Shown: one piece after another, positions 22,752 through 35,818 of the stretch
Layout: every line of letters starts with the position of its first letter
Numbering within the stretch: position 1 is the first letter of the stretch
Assembly (NCBI GenBank): GCA_016618085.1
Contig: JABLTG010000149.1
Coordinates: 1-49,139 of the forward strand
Reading direction: 5' to 3'
Origin: Neovahlkampfia damariscottae
Taxonomy: Eukaryota
Length of the DNA: 49,139 bases
The notes under the pieces: model-generated
Told to the model about the DNA's origin: nothing
The model's input: only the letters and a program-made list of their open reading frames with translations
Databases searched by the model: none
Position numbers and translations under genes: made by a program

Positions 22752-24169
22752 TTAATCATTAAATTCTTTCAAAACTTTTCCTTTTTCCCACAAATTCAAA
22801 TAGATCAAAAGATAAATCAAATACATAATAACAATTAACAAATTCACTGCCGAAAAAATCAACATGTCTTGATGAATTGAAACTTTAACAACATCAATCA
22901 ATAATCCAGAACATAATGACGAAAAACCATGAAAATTGAAAAAATGCACTTGAAAATGCGAAAATTCTTCCACGAATTTCATCAGGAACAGACCTCTGTA
23001 AATAAGTTGTTCCAAGAGTGAATACAAATGCTTCTCCAATTGGTCTAAAAAAAGCACCAAAAAAAATCATCCATAAAAAATGAAATGAAAATGATGCTAT
23101 AAGTGTACCAATTGATTGAATAAAGAATCCCAAAACAATCCAACATTGAATTCCTTTTGGTGATTGATCTGCATATTTTTCCATGATCACAGGTCCAAGA
23201 AAAACTGAAATTCCAATTACAGTAAAATAGATTCCAATAATCAATGCTGGACTGCTTAAAGACTTTTCACTTTTTAAATATGCAATATGAGAAACTGAGA
23301 GTGATCCAAAAACTAACGAACAAAATCCTCTGGTGAATGATAACCAAAAGATTTCTAAATTGTTCCTGAAGAAATTAATCAAATTCAAAATCATTTTGAA
23401 AAAATTCTCTTTCTTTTTTTCTTCTTTGATTTGTATTTACGAATCAATTACTTGTGATTCATTTTTTTCAATTGAATTCCCTGATATTCCCAATCTAAAC
23501 AATTGTAAAATACAAAATGCACTGAATAAGTATGTTATTGAGTCAAGTATAAAGGTGACATTTGTACCAAAAAAATAAACTATAAACCCTCCAAGGCCAC
23601 TGGCAAATGATGCAGTCATTGCCAAGTAGATCCATTTAAAGAATTTGCTATGAATAAGTCATCAGGATTGGAAATTGTATTTGTAAATGTGGCTGATCTA
23701 GCAGGATAAAAAAAAGATGATGAAATTGATTGAAATCCCATTGTCATATATAATATCCATATCGTTTCTTTTCCTCGTACAATAAGTTGCTCAGTACAAC
23801 TAGAGATCTGATCAAGTCAAAAAACAACATTATTTTTCTTCTATCAAATCTATCAGCAACAACTCCAGCTAATGGTGAAATAAAAACAGAAGGAAGTGAT
23901 TCCATTAAAATATAAAAGGCAAAAGCAATTGATGTTGAATTTGGTAAGTACAGATTTAATAACTGAATACAAGCAATATAATTAAAGAAGTCACCAAATA
24001 GACCAACAAAATTTCCAAGCCAAAGATATCTGAATCCAGGATAATTCAATAATATCATGAAGTATTTTACAAGTATTATTGTTTTCCAATACGGTGTCTG
24101 TTCTTTTTTAGTCTCTATAACGGGTTCAAAATATTCTTCTATCTCTGATGTTTCTCCATGATCTGACAT
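22752..24169 (-). pseudogene. MFS transporter, disrupted
   Basis: GFRYLWLG..GD, AGVVADRFDRRKIM and LQRSVPDEIRGRIFA motifs. Continuity needs 1-nt frameshifts near 23780, 23622 and 22925, and there is an in-frame TAA at 23437-23439. Confidence 0.72.
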
Positions 24170-24497
24170 TTTTAAGTTCACATCTCCAAAATTTTTGCCC
24201 AATAAATAGATTGTGGAATTTTTCAAATCCAAAATTGAAGTGTTTCAAAAATGATACCAAAGAATGTTCAGTTGATTTTGGATTTTGTTTGATTTTGTGT
24301 ACTAAATTCTCACCACCTTTGATTTATACACAAATCTGTTTTTTTGAAAATTATCATTTAATTTTCAAATTCCAATGAACTTTTTGAGTGATTTTGTTGT
24401 CCAAGTTCAGTCAATAACAACCAATGCTTGAACATCATACTTTTCAATAAAAAAACAAAGAATTATTCTTATTGGCTGTTTTTATTAACCAAACGAA

Positions 24498-25256
24498 ATG
24501 GAAGCGGAAAGAAAATACAAGTGTGACCACGAAGGTTGTGATAAAGCATACTTTTATTCGCACCACTTAAAAAGACATCAAAAATTACATTTAGAATCGC
24601 GTCCAGAAGTGTGCCCAGTTTGTTCTGCACGTTTCACAAAGAAATGTCATTTAAGAAAACACATAGCTTCAACACATAAAAAAAATGAACAAGAAATGGA
24701 ATTATCAAAAGAGTCACTTGAAGCTATTGCCAATTGTACGCCTTATTCTTGTACTTTTGACAATTGTAACAAATCTTTTGTTACAGAAGGAAAATTGAAA
24801 AAGCATTTGGAAAAACATGAAAAAAAGATATCACATAAATGTACTTTTGAAAATTGTGAAGAAACATTTGCTTTTAGAAAAGAGTTGATGAAACACATAA
24901 ACGAAGAACATGAAGCAAAATGTTCAATTTGCGGTAAAATTTTGAAGAATGCACAATCATTAACAAAACATTTAAAAATACATGAAGAAAATCAATTTAG
25001 ATGTCCTTTTGATGGTTGTTTAAAAACTTATACAAGACAGAGTAATTTAAACGTTCACATCAAAAAAATACATTCAGAAAAAGAAAAAAAATTCAAATGT
25101 GATTTATGTGATCAAGAATTTGCTTATAAATCAACTTTAGATAGACATATTGAAACTGTTCATGAAAAAATACATCCTGTTGAAACAGCTCAATCTTTAA
25201 AAAAAAAAAAAATTTTAACCACACAATCCTTTTTTCCAAAAACTTTAGTTTTGTAA
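24498..25256 (+). CDS. multi-C2H2 zinc finger protein, TFIIIA-like
   Basis: Seven C2H2 fingers, several with CxxxxC spacing (CDHEGC, CTFDNC, CTFENC, CPFDGC). Confidence 0.85.
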   Translation: MEAERKYKCDHEGCDKAYFYSHHLKRHQKLHLESRPEVCPVCSARFTKKCHLRKHIASTHKKNEQEMELSKESLEAIANCTPYSCTFDNCNKSFVTEGKLKKHLEKHEKKISHKCTFENCEETFAFRKELMKHINEEHEAKCSICGKILKNAQSLTKHLKIHEENQFRCPFDGCLKTYTRQSNLNVHIKKIHSEKEKKFKCDLCDQEFAYKSTLDRHIETVHEKIHPVETAQSLKKKKILTTQSFFPKTLVL

Positions 25257-25324
25257 ATAATCATACTACAATAAAGTTTATGAGTTGTTGTTTCGAAAAA
25301 AATGACTTTTAGTTTTAAATTTTT

Positions 25325-25737
25325 TTATTCATGAACTGCATTTATATAGTCATCCATTTGAGTAAATATCATAGCTCCAAATTGTTTAATTTCTTCTTCT
25401 GATAATAATGATAAATTATTTTCAATTTCTTTTAATAAATTAAGTGTTCCATTCACAAGTTCTTCTTCTGATAATTGTCCGTCTTTGTTAACATCAAAAG
25501 CGTGAAATTCTTCAAGTTTTGATTGCTTTGAGAATTTTTCTTTTTTTGCATTGGAATACATTTCTTCACATTTTAACCATTCAGATTTTGAGATTGCTCC
25601 GTCTCCATTCAAGTCTAAAAAAAAAAATAAAAAAAAGATTCTTCTCTAATACCTGCTTTTTTAAAATATTCTTTTGTTTTTTGTTCAATTTTTTTGGTCA
25701 TTTCATTCCAAAGAGCAATTTTTGTTTCTTCACTCAT
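25325..25737 (-). CDS. small EF-hand protein
   Basis: Spliced ADLNGDGAISKSE and DVNKDGQLSEEE; ATG 25737 (MSEETKIALW); one short intron. Confidence 0.85.
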
Positions 25738-25797
25738 CAGATGGTAAAATGTCTTTGATTGAAAAAATAAAGTATTTTAATTGGATAAATATTTAAT

Positions 25798-26611
25798 TCA
25801 GAGTTTTTGACGTAAAATAATAATTGATTTAGTTGAATGAGAAACCACATCTTTATCAATTGCAATTTCAATATTTGATTGTTTCATTGATTCCAAAACA
25901 GTATCTCTCACTTTTTGAATAACTTGCAAGTTCTTCATTGAATCATGACCTTTTGCCACAATAGTCACTCTATAATTCTTTAATAAATTTTTTTTTATAT
26001 GATTTATTTTGACCAATAAATCATTATCACCAATTTGAGATCTAAGTTGATATTCCTTGTCTTTTAAAGTTGATATTTTTTTTTGAATTTCTTCCATTTG
26101 TTCAACTTTTTCGACTTTTGGAATTAAAAATTGTTCTAAATCTATTATTTTAAATAAAGGTACTTCAACATCTTCTGGTCCAAATAGTACTAATTCTAAA
26201 CCATGTTTTTGAGCTTTTCTTAATGATTTTGAAAATGATACTGAATTATGAAATTTTCCAGTTTCATCAACCACTTTGAAAATTAAATAATCTCTTATTC
26301 TTACTTTTTATATCTTTTAAATTTGTAAAATTATGATTATATTTTGGTCTTTCTTCCTCAGGTAGTTTTGAAATTAAAGTTTCAATTTTTCTTATTCTTT
26401 CTTCAATATTTTCTCTTTTCACAATTTTAACCTCTTCTGAAAATTTTTGTTTATCCTGTTCAAATTTTGATTCAAACTCTTTTTTCTTTTTCAACATTTC
26501 TTCTTCAAAAATCTCCGGTTCTTCAAAAATTTGTTTTTGTTCAAAAACTCTTTTTGGAGCTTTTGAATAAAATTTTAGATTTTTATTTCTTATTAAATTC
26601 CTCAATAACAT
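25798..26611 (-). CDS. mitochondrial translation initiation factor IF-3-like
   Basis: Presequence MLLRNLIRNK; VDETGK..A.K.GLELV..PLFKIID and KEYQLRSQIGDNDL.VK match IF3 N- and C-domain patterns; intron at about 26275-26305. Confidence 0.82.
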
Positions 26612-26680
26612 TTTGTTGTTTAAATTTTTTTTTCATCCAATTGAGTTTTGAATTGAATTGATTGGTTTATTAAAAGTTGA

Positions 26681-28580
<1,900 letters not shown>

Positions 28581-28594
28581 AAATGTTTATTTTT

Positions 28595-31570
28595 TTATAA
28601 AAACTCCAATACCATTAAGAATTGATCTGGATCATCTGGATGTTTTGATTGAACATGTTCTTTCAAAGAATTTTTTGTTTGATTTTGAAGATCACAATAT
28701 GTACATGCTAAAGTGCCTTCTACAATAGAGCCTAGATCTTCATTCAATAATGTTTCTTCTTCTTCTTCTTGGTAATATTCATCTCCATATTCATTCAAAA
28801 ATTCATCATAAAATGATTCTTTGCAGTATTGAATATGATCAACAATCATACTTCCTTGAAATAAGAATCCACAATTTTCACATTGATGTTCTCCCTTAAT
28901 GCATTCTTTTGTGTGAGTATCTATTTCTTTTGAAGAAAACTCCAATTTGCAATAAAGACAATCTTGTATTTCATCCAATTGGCAATCCAATTGATGTTGT
29001 TTCATCAATATAGAAAATATTTGTTTAGAACAATATTTGCACTCTTGTGTGACATGTGAAAGTTCATTATGTTCTTTTTCTTCTGATTTCTTCACAACAG
29101 TCGAACAAGTTGTGCAAAAATAAAAATTCTTTTTACAATGAATTGAATGAATATCAAAAGTTGTTTTTCTGATTGATTTCTTACAATTATCACATTGAAC
29201 TGTATCAAATGAATCAACGTTTTCTTGACTTGATGTAATTTTGCAGAGAGATTTAGTTTTTTCCAAAAAACTGTTTTTGCTATCATTTGATTCAGAATTT
29301 TCATTTGATTGTTGAATTAATGAATTTTTTCTCATCAATTTTTGATTTGTAACTTCTTCAAAATCAATTGCAGTTTCAAAGTTAATTTTTAAATCATGAT
29401 ATTCATTGTAATTCTTTTGAATTCTTCCAACTTTTGAAGGTGGATCGAATGAAACTACCTCTAATACAATTGTATTTCCACCAACTTTCAAAGGGACACA
29501 TTGATTTTGATATAAAGTAACAAATGGTCTTAAAGCTCTGGTCATTAAAACAGCAGTATTTTTGAAATTATAAAATGATTTTGATAATGGTCTAAAAGTA
29601 ACCATTTCAACTAAAGGTACATCAATCGATTTCAAAGTTATTTTTGTTCCTTCTTCCATCATCATATCTTTCATCATCCAGTTCGGAACTATGACTGAAT
29701 TTTTTGGAGCACAAAAATCTAAAACACCACAATAACATTTGAATATTTTTGTTGAAATCTCCATTGAAATTGGTTCAATACTATTCATTTTTCTCAAAGC
29801 TTTGGCAGTAGAATGTGGTAAAATCAAATTATTTGCATTTTCTAATTTGTTGTGATAAAATCCATTGAAGCATCTAGCTGCAAAGTTAGATGAAAATGCA
29901 AAGAATTCTTCTTCAAATTTAACAATTGATTCAAAGATATTATCTTTAAACGTTGGAATTGGTGAACATTCAGGTGATTTTTCATATAATTTTTGAATTC
30001 TCAAATCAACTCTTGCATTGGAATCCACAAAGTTTTCTTTAATTTTCTTCAAAACTAAATACATATCTGTGTTACTTGACCATAATTTTGGTGTTAAAAT
30101 ATCTAAAAAGAGATTTCCTTGAGGAGTTATATTTCCAGTTGAATAAATGAATCTAGGGCTCAATAATCTAACTATAGGTGGTTTTTGAGGGAAATCTGAA
30201 GTAAATTTGATTTCAACCAAAATGTTTTCATCAGAATTGAATTTTTTTGAATGAATTTTTAAATCTTTTCCAATTGATGAATCTTGAGGAAAATTTGAAA
30301 ATTTAATGAACCAAATGAAAGGATTTGGTGATCGTACATTAATTCCTTGATCATCTGTTGAATTCACATTTTCTTTATTTGAATTTGATCCTAATACTAA
30401 TCCTCTTTTTATCAAATTTTCAAATTGTTTTTTAATGTATAAATTTGTTTCATAAATAAAAGGTAGTTCAGATTTAGTTGAATCATTATCTCCCCATGTA
30501 TAAATATATTTTTCTTTTAATTCTTTCATTAAATCTTTATCAACTTCTTCAAATTTTTTTATGTTAATTTTTGTTGAACTCTCTTCAAGATAAAATTCTT
30601 GAATACAACGTGATAAAAATGCGGGAATTGATATATATGTTAAATGAGATGATTTTAAAAATGAAATCATATTTTTTATCCAAGTTTTAAGTTTCTTCTC
30701 TTTTGATTCAATAGTAAATCTAAATCTACCATCTGATTTCGTTTTGATAACCAAATTAAATTGACAGTCATTGATTGAAAAATAGAGTTTTTTTTTCTTG
30801 TTTGATAATAATTTCAATTGAATATTGTTATTTTGATTCAAATACTTTTCAATATTTGGTTTGTTTTCATTTGACTCTTTTATTAAAATATCATTTCCAG
30901 TTTTCAAGAAAATTTTATGATCTCCATGTTTTTCATAGTATTCAAGAAAATTTGAAACTTCATGTAATATTTTTTTGAAACTTTCATCTGAATCATCAAT
31001 TGGATTGATATCTTTTAGAACTTTGATCAAAGGATCTTTTTTATTTCCATTTGAACTTTGTAATCCAAAATTCATTAAATTTTCATAAACTACTCTTTTT
31101 TTATTTGATCCCAATGTTTCTAGATAACTTTCAATGTTTGTTGGATTAACTTGGTTTGCAGATGAAAATAATCTTGCTTTTGATTTCTTTGAATTTAGAA
31201 ATAATTCTTCATTAAATTGATTTAAATCTTCCAATACTTTAATTTTTCTTCTTATTGATTTCACTTTTCCTGTGTTTTCATTAGTTTCAGTCATTTTATC
31301 AAGATCAAAAAAGTATTGATTAATTTTTGAAGAATCCATAAATGTAAAGTTTCCTTTTGGATCTTGTTGAAAATATTGTTCAACATCTGAAGATACTGGT
31401 GTGTCATAATTTTCCCAATAGTCATCTTCTGTTTTCCATTGCCACTGTGAACCCAAATCATCGTCAGTTTTTCCTAATAATTTTTCTAGTTTCGTTTGTT
31501 CTTCCATATACTTAAAAAACTCATCTGTTGTTGACTTTTCCTTCTTCTGCTCTTCTTCGTCTTCACTCAT
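28595..31570 (-). CDS. WWE + UBE2Q-like UBC + UFD1 + TRAF-type zinc finger multidomain protein
   Basis: WQWKTEDDYWENY..SIRR (WWE); F..DFP.KPP.VRLLSP (UBC); NLILP..YCGVLDFCAP..VPNWMM (UFD1); repeated CxxC..H...C fingers. Likely start MSEDEEE at 31570; single exon. Confidence 0.85.
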   Translation of the reverse strand: MSEDEEEQKKEKSTTDEFFKYMEEQTKLEKLLGKTDDDLGSQWQWKTEDDYWENYDTPVSSDVEQYFQQDPKGNFTFMDSSKINQYFFDLDKMTETNENTGKVKSIRRKIKVLEDLNQFNEELFLNSKKSKARLFSSANQVNPTNIESYLETLGSNKKRVVYENLMNFGLQSSNGNKKDPLIKVLKDINPIDDSDESFKKILHEVSNFLEYYEKHGDHKIFLKTGNDILIKESNENKPNIEKYLNQNNNIQLKLLSNKKKKLYFSINDCQFNLVIKTKSDGRFRFTIESKEKKLKTWIKNMISFLKSSHLTYISIPAFLSRCIQEFYLEESSTKINIKKFEEVDKDLMKELKEKYIYTWGDNDSTKSELPFIYETNLYIKKQFENLIKRGLVLGSNSNKENVNSTDDQGINVRSPNPFIWFIKFSNFPQDSSIGKDLKIHSKKFNSDENILVEIKFTSDFPQKPPIVRLLSPRFIYSTGNITPQGNLFLDILTPKLWSSNTDMYLVLKKIKENFVDSNARVDLRIQKLYEKSPECSPIPTFKDNIFESIVKFEEEFFAFSSNFAARCFNGFYHNKLENANNLILPHSTAKALRKMNSIEPISMEISTKIFKCYCGVLDFCAPKNSVIVPNWMMKDMMMEEGTKITLKSIDVPLVEMVTFRPLSKSFYNFKNTAVLMTRALRPFVTLYQNQCVPLKVGGNTIVLEVVSFDPPSKVGRIQKNYNEYHDLKINFETAIDFEEVTNQKLMRKNSLIQQSNENSESNDSKNSFLEKTKSLCKITSSQENVDSFDTVQCDNCKKSIRKTTFDIHSIHCKKNFYFCTTCSTVVKKSEEKEHNELSHVTQECKYCSKQIFSILMKQHQLDCQLDEIQDCLYCKLEFSSKEIDTHTKECIKGEHQCENCGFLFQGSMIVDHIQYCKESFYDEFLNEYGDEYYQEEEEETLLNEDLGSIVEGTLACTYCDLQNQTKNSLKEHVQSKHPDDPDQFLMVLEFL

Positions 31571-31757
31571 CCTCTTCTTCAATTTGATGTTGTATTCTAT
31601 TTTTAGTGGAAAATGGTGGGTTTTTATTGGATAAAATTGAACCACGGTGAGAGAATTTTCATAAGAAATTTAAACTTTTGTTTCCATGACAAAAATATCA
31701 TATTCTTGAATCAGTATTGATGAATAATTTCCAAAAATTTTATTGGTCAACTAAAAA

Positions 31758-32384
31758 ATGTCCAGAATATTTGGTTTGTCACAGAAAGGTGGGAAAGAAA
31801 TCGATTCTAATTCTTTTTCAGCTTCAAATCCAGATGATGAGTTTGGTGAAATATCCTATGTAGATTGGATGAAAAATAGAGATTGGTAATTCAAACCGTT
31901 ACAAAAAATTTAACTTTTTTTTTTTTTGAAGGCACATACTCAGGTAAACACAAAAAAATTAGTGATTCTAAATTACTATAGTGGTTGGTTCTCTGAAAAT
32001 GAGATGGTTTTTTCGAATACAGCTCCTGATGATGCTTCTTTTGATTGTTTTAATTTTTCAGAGAGTCATATTCTTTCTCACACGTGTAAATATCTTCCAG
32101 GACAAGAATATAAAAAGTTTACACAAGCATCTTGGAGATGTGAAGGTGATGTTTTATCACTTTCAGTCGCTGGAACTATTTCTGTCGGTAACTTTTTATT
32201 TTAACTCAAAAAAAAAAAAAAAGATGTTGTTACAAAAAATGAAAAAAATGAATCTGAAACAAAATCAAAAGTTAAAAGGAAATTTATGTATGACTTGGAT
32301 TATATTGTTACAGAAATAACAGACAGAAGATTTCAAATCAAAAAGAAAAATGTATTGGTGAGTAAAGAAATTAATTCTTCTTAA
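31758..32384 (+). CDS. hypothetical protein
   Basis: ATG 31758 after an ATTGG box; two short GT-AG introns (about 31886-31931 and 32188-32223) give a continuous frame to TAA 32382-32384. Confidence 0.6.
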
Positions 32385-33159
32385 TAAAATGCTCTTCTAT
32401 AAAAAAATCTTTTGATAAATTAATATAATCTTTTGTGTATCCGTTATCCTCTTTTCTAATGATGAGTTCAGTTTCATTTGTTTTTGACACTTGCTCAAAT
32501 GAGAAACATGATGCAACTCTTAAAATTGATGATTCTTTTTTAGTTTTCATTATTAATCTTTCAAATGGTTTCATTTTTATTTTTTCATATAACTTTTTTT
32601 CAAAATCCATCATTTCATTTTCAGGAAGTAAAATAAAAACAATTCCGTCGGTTGAAATTAATCTTTCAATGGATTCTATTAAATCATCGTGAGGCAAAGA
32701 AAATGTATGAAGAGCTTTCACTTTAGAATCATCAATATTAATTTTTTGATTTGGCAAAAATCCATTTGTGTAAAAAGGTGGATTTGAAATTATACAATCA
32801 TATTGGGTTTTTGTTTCAAAATTTTGTATCATTGTTTGATGTATGTTAATATTTTTACAAAATGAAATTGGTTTGATATTTTCAATACTTTGTTTGAAGG
32901 CATCAGAATCATATTCAACAGCATCAATTAAAAAATCAAATTTTTGTGATATTAAAATTGATAATAAACCTGTTCCAGAACCAATGTCCAATAAATTTTT
33001 GACCTTTCTTTCTTTTTCTTTTTCTAGTATTTTTGTTATGAAAGCACCAAACAAAACTGAATCTGTGCATACTTTCATACCGCATTTATCTTGATTTATA
33101 ACGAATTGTTTAAATCTAAATTGTGTTGATCTCTGTCGCTTCTTTGGTTTCGTTTCCAT
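32371..33159 (-). CDS. tRNA1(Val) adenine-37 N6-methyltransferase-like (TrmN6/YfiC)
   Basis: FRFKQFVINQDKCGMKVCTDSVLFG, LDIGSGTG, ISNPPFY, terminal YT.DY..L.KDF. Confidence 0.92.
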   Translation of the reverse strand: METKPKKRQRSTQFRFKQFVINQDKCGMKVCTDSVLFGAFITKILEKEKERKVKNLLDIGSGTGLLSILISQKFDFLIDAVEYDSDAFKQSIENIKPISFCKNINIHQTMIQNFETKTQYDCIISNPPFYTNGFLPNQKINIDDSKVKALHTFSLPHDDLIESIERLISTDGIVFILLPENEMMDFEKKLYEKIKMKPFERLIMKTKKESSILRVASCFSFEQVSKTNETELIIRKEDNGYTKDYINLSKDFFIEEHFIKKN

Positions 33160-33194
33160 TCTTTAGAAAATATCCAATCACAATTTTCAAATTT

Positions 33195-34302
33195 TTATTC
33201 TTCCATTTTATTCACAAATATTGATTTTTCATTTTCAGATGCTGTTAAAATCTCAACACCATTATCCAAAATTAAAATTGTATGCTCGAATTGAGCAGAA
33301 ATAAATTGATCTTCGGATTCTATTGTCCATTTATCTGGCCATTCTCTAAATTCTGTGCTTCCAACTTTGAGTATTGGCTCAATGGTAAAAGTTAATCCAG
33401 GTAACATCTCAGAACATCCCGCATGATCATCAGAATCTTCATTCTCAAAATGTAAAATTTGAGGTAATCCATGAAAATTCCTTCCAATTCCATGACCACA
33501 AAACTCTTGAACCACATTATAGCTGAATTTATTTGCTATTCTTTCAATTTCTCTTCCAATAACTGGAAACTTTACGTAAGGTCCACATTTTTTAATTGCA
33601 GCATAGAGTGAATCTTTAGTCACTTCCATCAATTTTTTTGCTTGAGGTGAAATATGTCCAACACCAAATGTCTTTGAAACATCTCCATGAAATCCCTTGA
33701 ATTCAAGTTTAGTTTGGTAATAATTTACTTTGTAGAAAACTGTAACATCAATGTTGATAATATCACCATTTTCTAATTCTCTTGAATCTGGAATTCCATG
33801 ACAAATTATATGATTAACTGAAGTACAAATTGATTTTGGAAAGCCTTCATACAATAATGTCGATGGGTATGCTCCGTGATCAATCTGCAACAAATTAAAT
33901 TTTAAATTAAAGTTACAATGAAGTTATGAACTTTTTTATCAATTTCATCTGTTGTTACCATTGGATGTATTAAAGATTGTGCGTAGTCTAATGCTTTTCT
34001 TGCAATTTTACATGCTTCTCTCATTATTTCAATTTCTTCTTCATTTTTTAATTCAATATTTTGTGAATAATTATCTTTTGTTTTATGAGTTACATAAAGA
34101 GGTTTTATAATGTGTTCTGGAACTAAATTAATTGGTGAAACTTCAATGAACAATATTAAAATTAATTTTCGAACTTATTCCAGGTTTGACTTTGTTTTTT
34201 TAAATGTTTTTTTATCTAACCTTTATTTGGTGATTTATGCATTTTTCTTCCATAATTACGGAAGAGAGTTTTGATTATTCTCTGTTGCAATTTTTTTTGC
34301 AT
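33195..34302 (-). CDS. methionine aminopeptidase type 1, mitochondrial (MAP1D-like)
   Basis: FPKSICTSVN..CHGIPD, INIDVT, HGDVS, GHGIG, FTIEP, AQFEHT; basic presequence; four short introns. Confidence 0.93.
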
Positions 34303-34322
34303 CTTTTTTGTTGTCCAATCAA

Positions 34323-34764
34323 ATGGAAAAAATGAATGAGAAAAATTTATTGAAGGCAAAAGAAATTTTATCCAAATCATCATGGGATGGAAATTTAATC
34401 ATTGGTTACAAAATGTTCAGTAAAATTTAAACCTTTATAACTTTATTTTGAAGACATTTGGAGGAAAGGTAATCAAAACAAAATTAATTTTGAATAAATA
34501 GTCGGAGGAAGTTATCAATTAGAATTATATGAATTTGAAGAAAATTCTCTAGTAGTCAAAGGTAAATATTATTATAATAATGATGAACAAACTGTAAAAT
34601 TAAACTTATCAATTGTTGATGATGAAATGAATTAAAATTTTGTGAACTCTGATAACATTACATTTAAAGGAACTCTTGATATTTTTTTAAATGAAATAGT
34701 AGGTACTGTAAATAATAATGAAGGAGGGTTTGGAAATTTTGAATTAAAATTGATAAAAAAATAA
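34323..34764 (+). CDS. small hypothetical protein with an internal in-frame TAA
   Basis: ATG after CCAAT 34315 and two canonical short introns. The frame stops at TAA 34633-34635, but coding-like sequence continues in frame to TAA 34762-34764. Confidence 0.4.
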
Positions 34765-34792
34765 AATTTATTTGTCCAATCGGAATTTAGTT

Positions 34793-35641
34793 ATGGATGA
34801 AGTTTTATCAAAAAAAATAGAGAGAGTGAAAATATTAGAAAAAGATATTGATCAAACAGTTGATTTATCTTCTATAGTATTTTTATCAACTGATCCAAGT
34901 CATCCAAGAGCATCATTTCCATACGAAAAATATACACCATTTTTAAAAAAATTTTCAAAAGAAGATTTTGTCAAAGAATTTAAGTAAATTTAATTTTTTT
35001 AATGTTTTTAAAAAAGAATTGAAAAATTAAACAATGAATATAGTTTCAATATTCCTTTGAATGTATCAAGTTCTTTAGATGGTGTTTGTGTTGTTACAAA
35101 ATTGTTACAAATTTCAAATAGCCATGCTGGCACTCATGTTGATATGCCAAGTCATTTTCTGAAGAATCCTCCTTTTAATGAATGGGATGATTTTCAATTA
35201 AATGGACCTTGTGTTATATTGAATTTAATTCATAAAAAGAATTGTGAAATTCAAATCAATGATATTCAAGAAGCATGTGGATCAATTGATTTAAAATCCA
35301 TCACAAGATTATTGATAAATACTTATGGGAATGATATACCCACAAAATGGGACGAAAAACCAAGTTATTTGAGCATTGAGTGTTCCAACTATTTAGGAAC
35401 TTTAGAAAATTTATTGGTATTAGGGATAGATACTCCTTCTGTGGATCATCAAAATTCTGCACCAATATGTAATTGTTCTCATGGAGGACTTTGGAGTGGA
35501 AGAATTGCAATTTTAGAAAATTTAGATTTTTCTAATTTGAAGAACGATCAAAAAGTTGGTTTTATGCAAACAATTTGGAATAATAACCAAAAAACAAATG
35601 ATGGGAAAGGTTGTCAGGTGAACTTTTTTCCAAAAAAATAA
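34793..35641 (+). CDS. cyclase-family metal hydrolase (kynurenine formamidase KynB-like)
   Basis: HAGTHVDMPSHF (HxGTHxDxPxH), LGIDTPSVD, ILENL; one short intron near 34984-35017. Confidence 0.9.
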
Positions 35642-35818
35642 ATAAATATCCATTTCCCTTTAAAAACTCATTTTTTTCAACGCCCAACCGAAGAAAATAA
35701 ACCAATAATATCAGTCAGTATTTTCTGTCCAATGACTGAGTTTGGTTGAGATTTTTATTTATTGACCAATAAAATTGTTTATTTTCAAAAACTTTTTTCA
35801 CACAAAACTACACGAATA

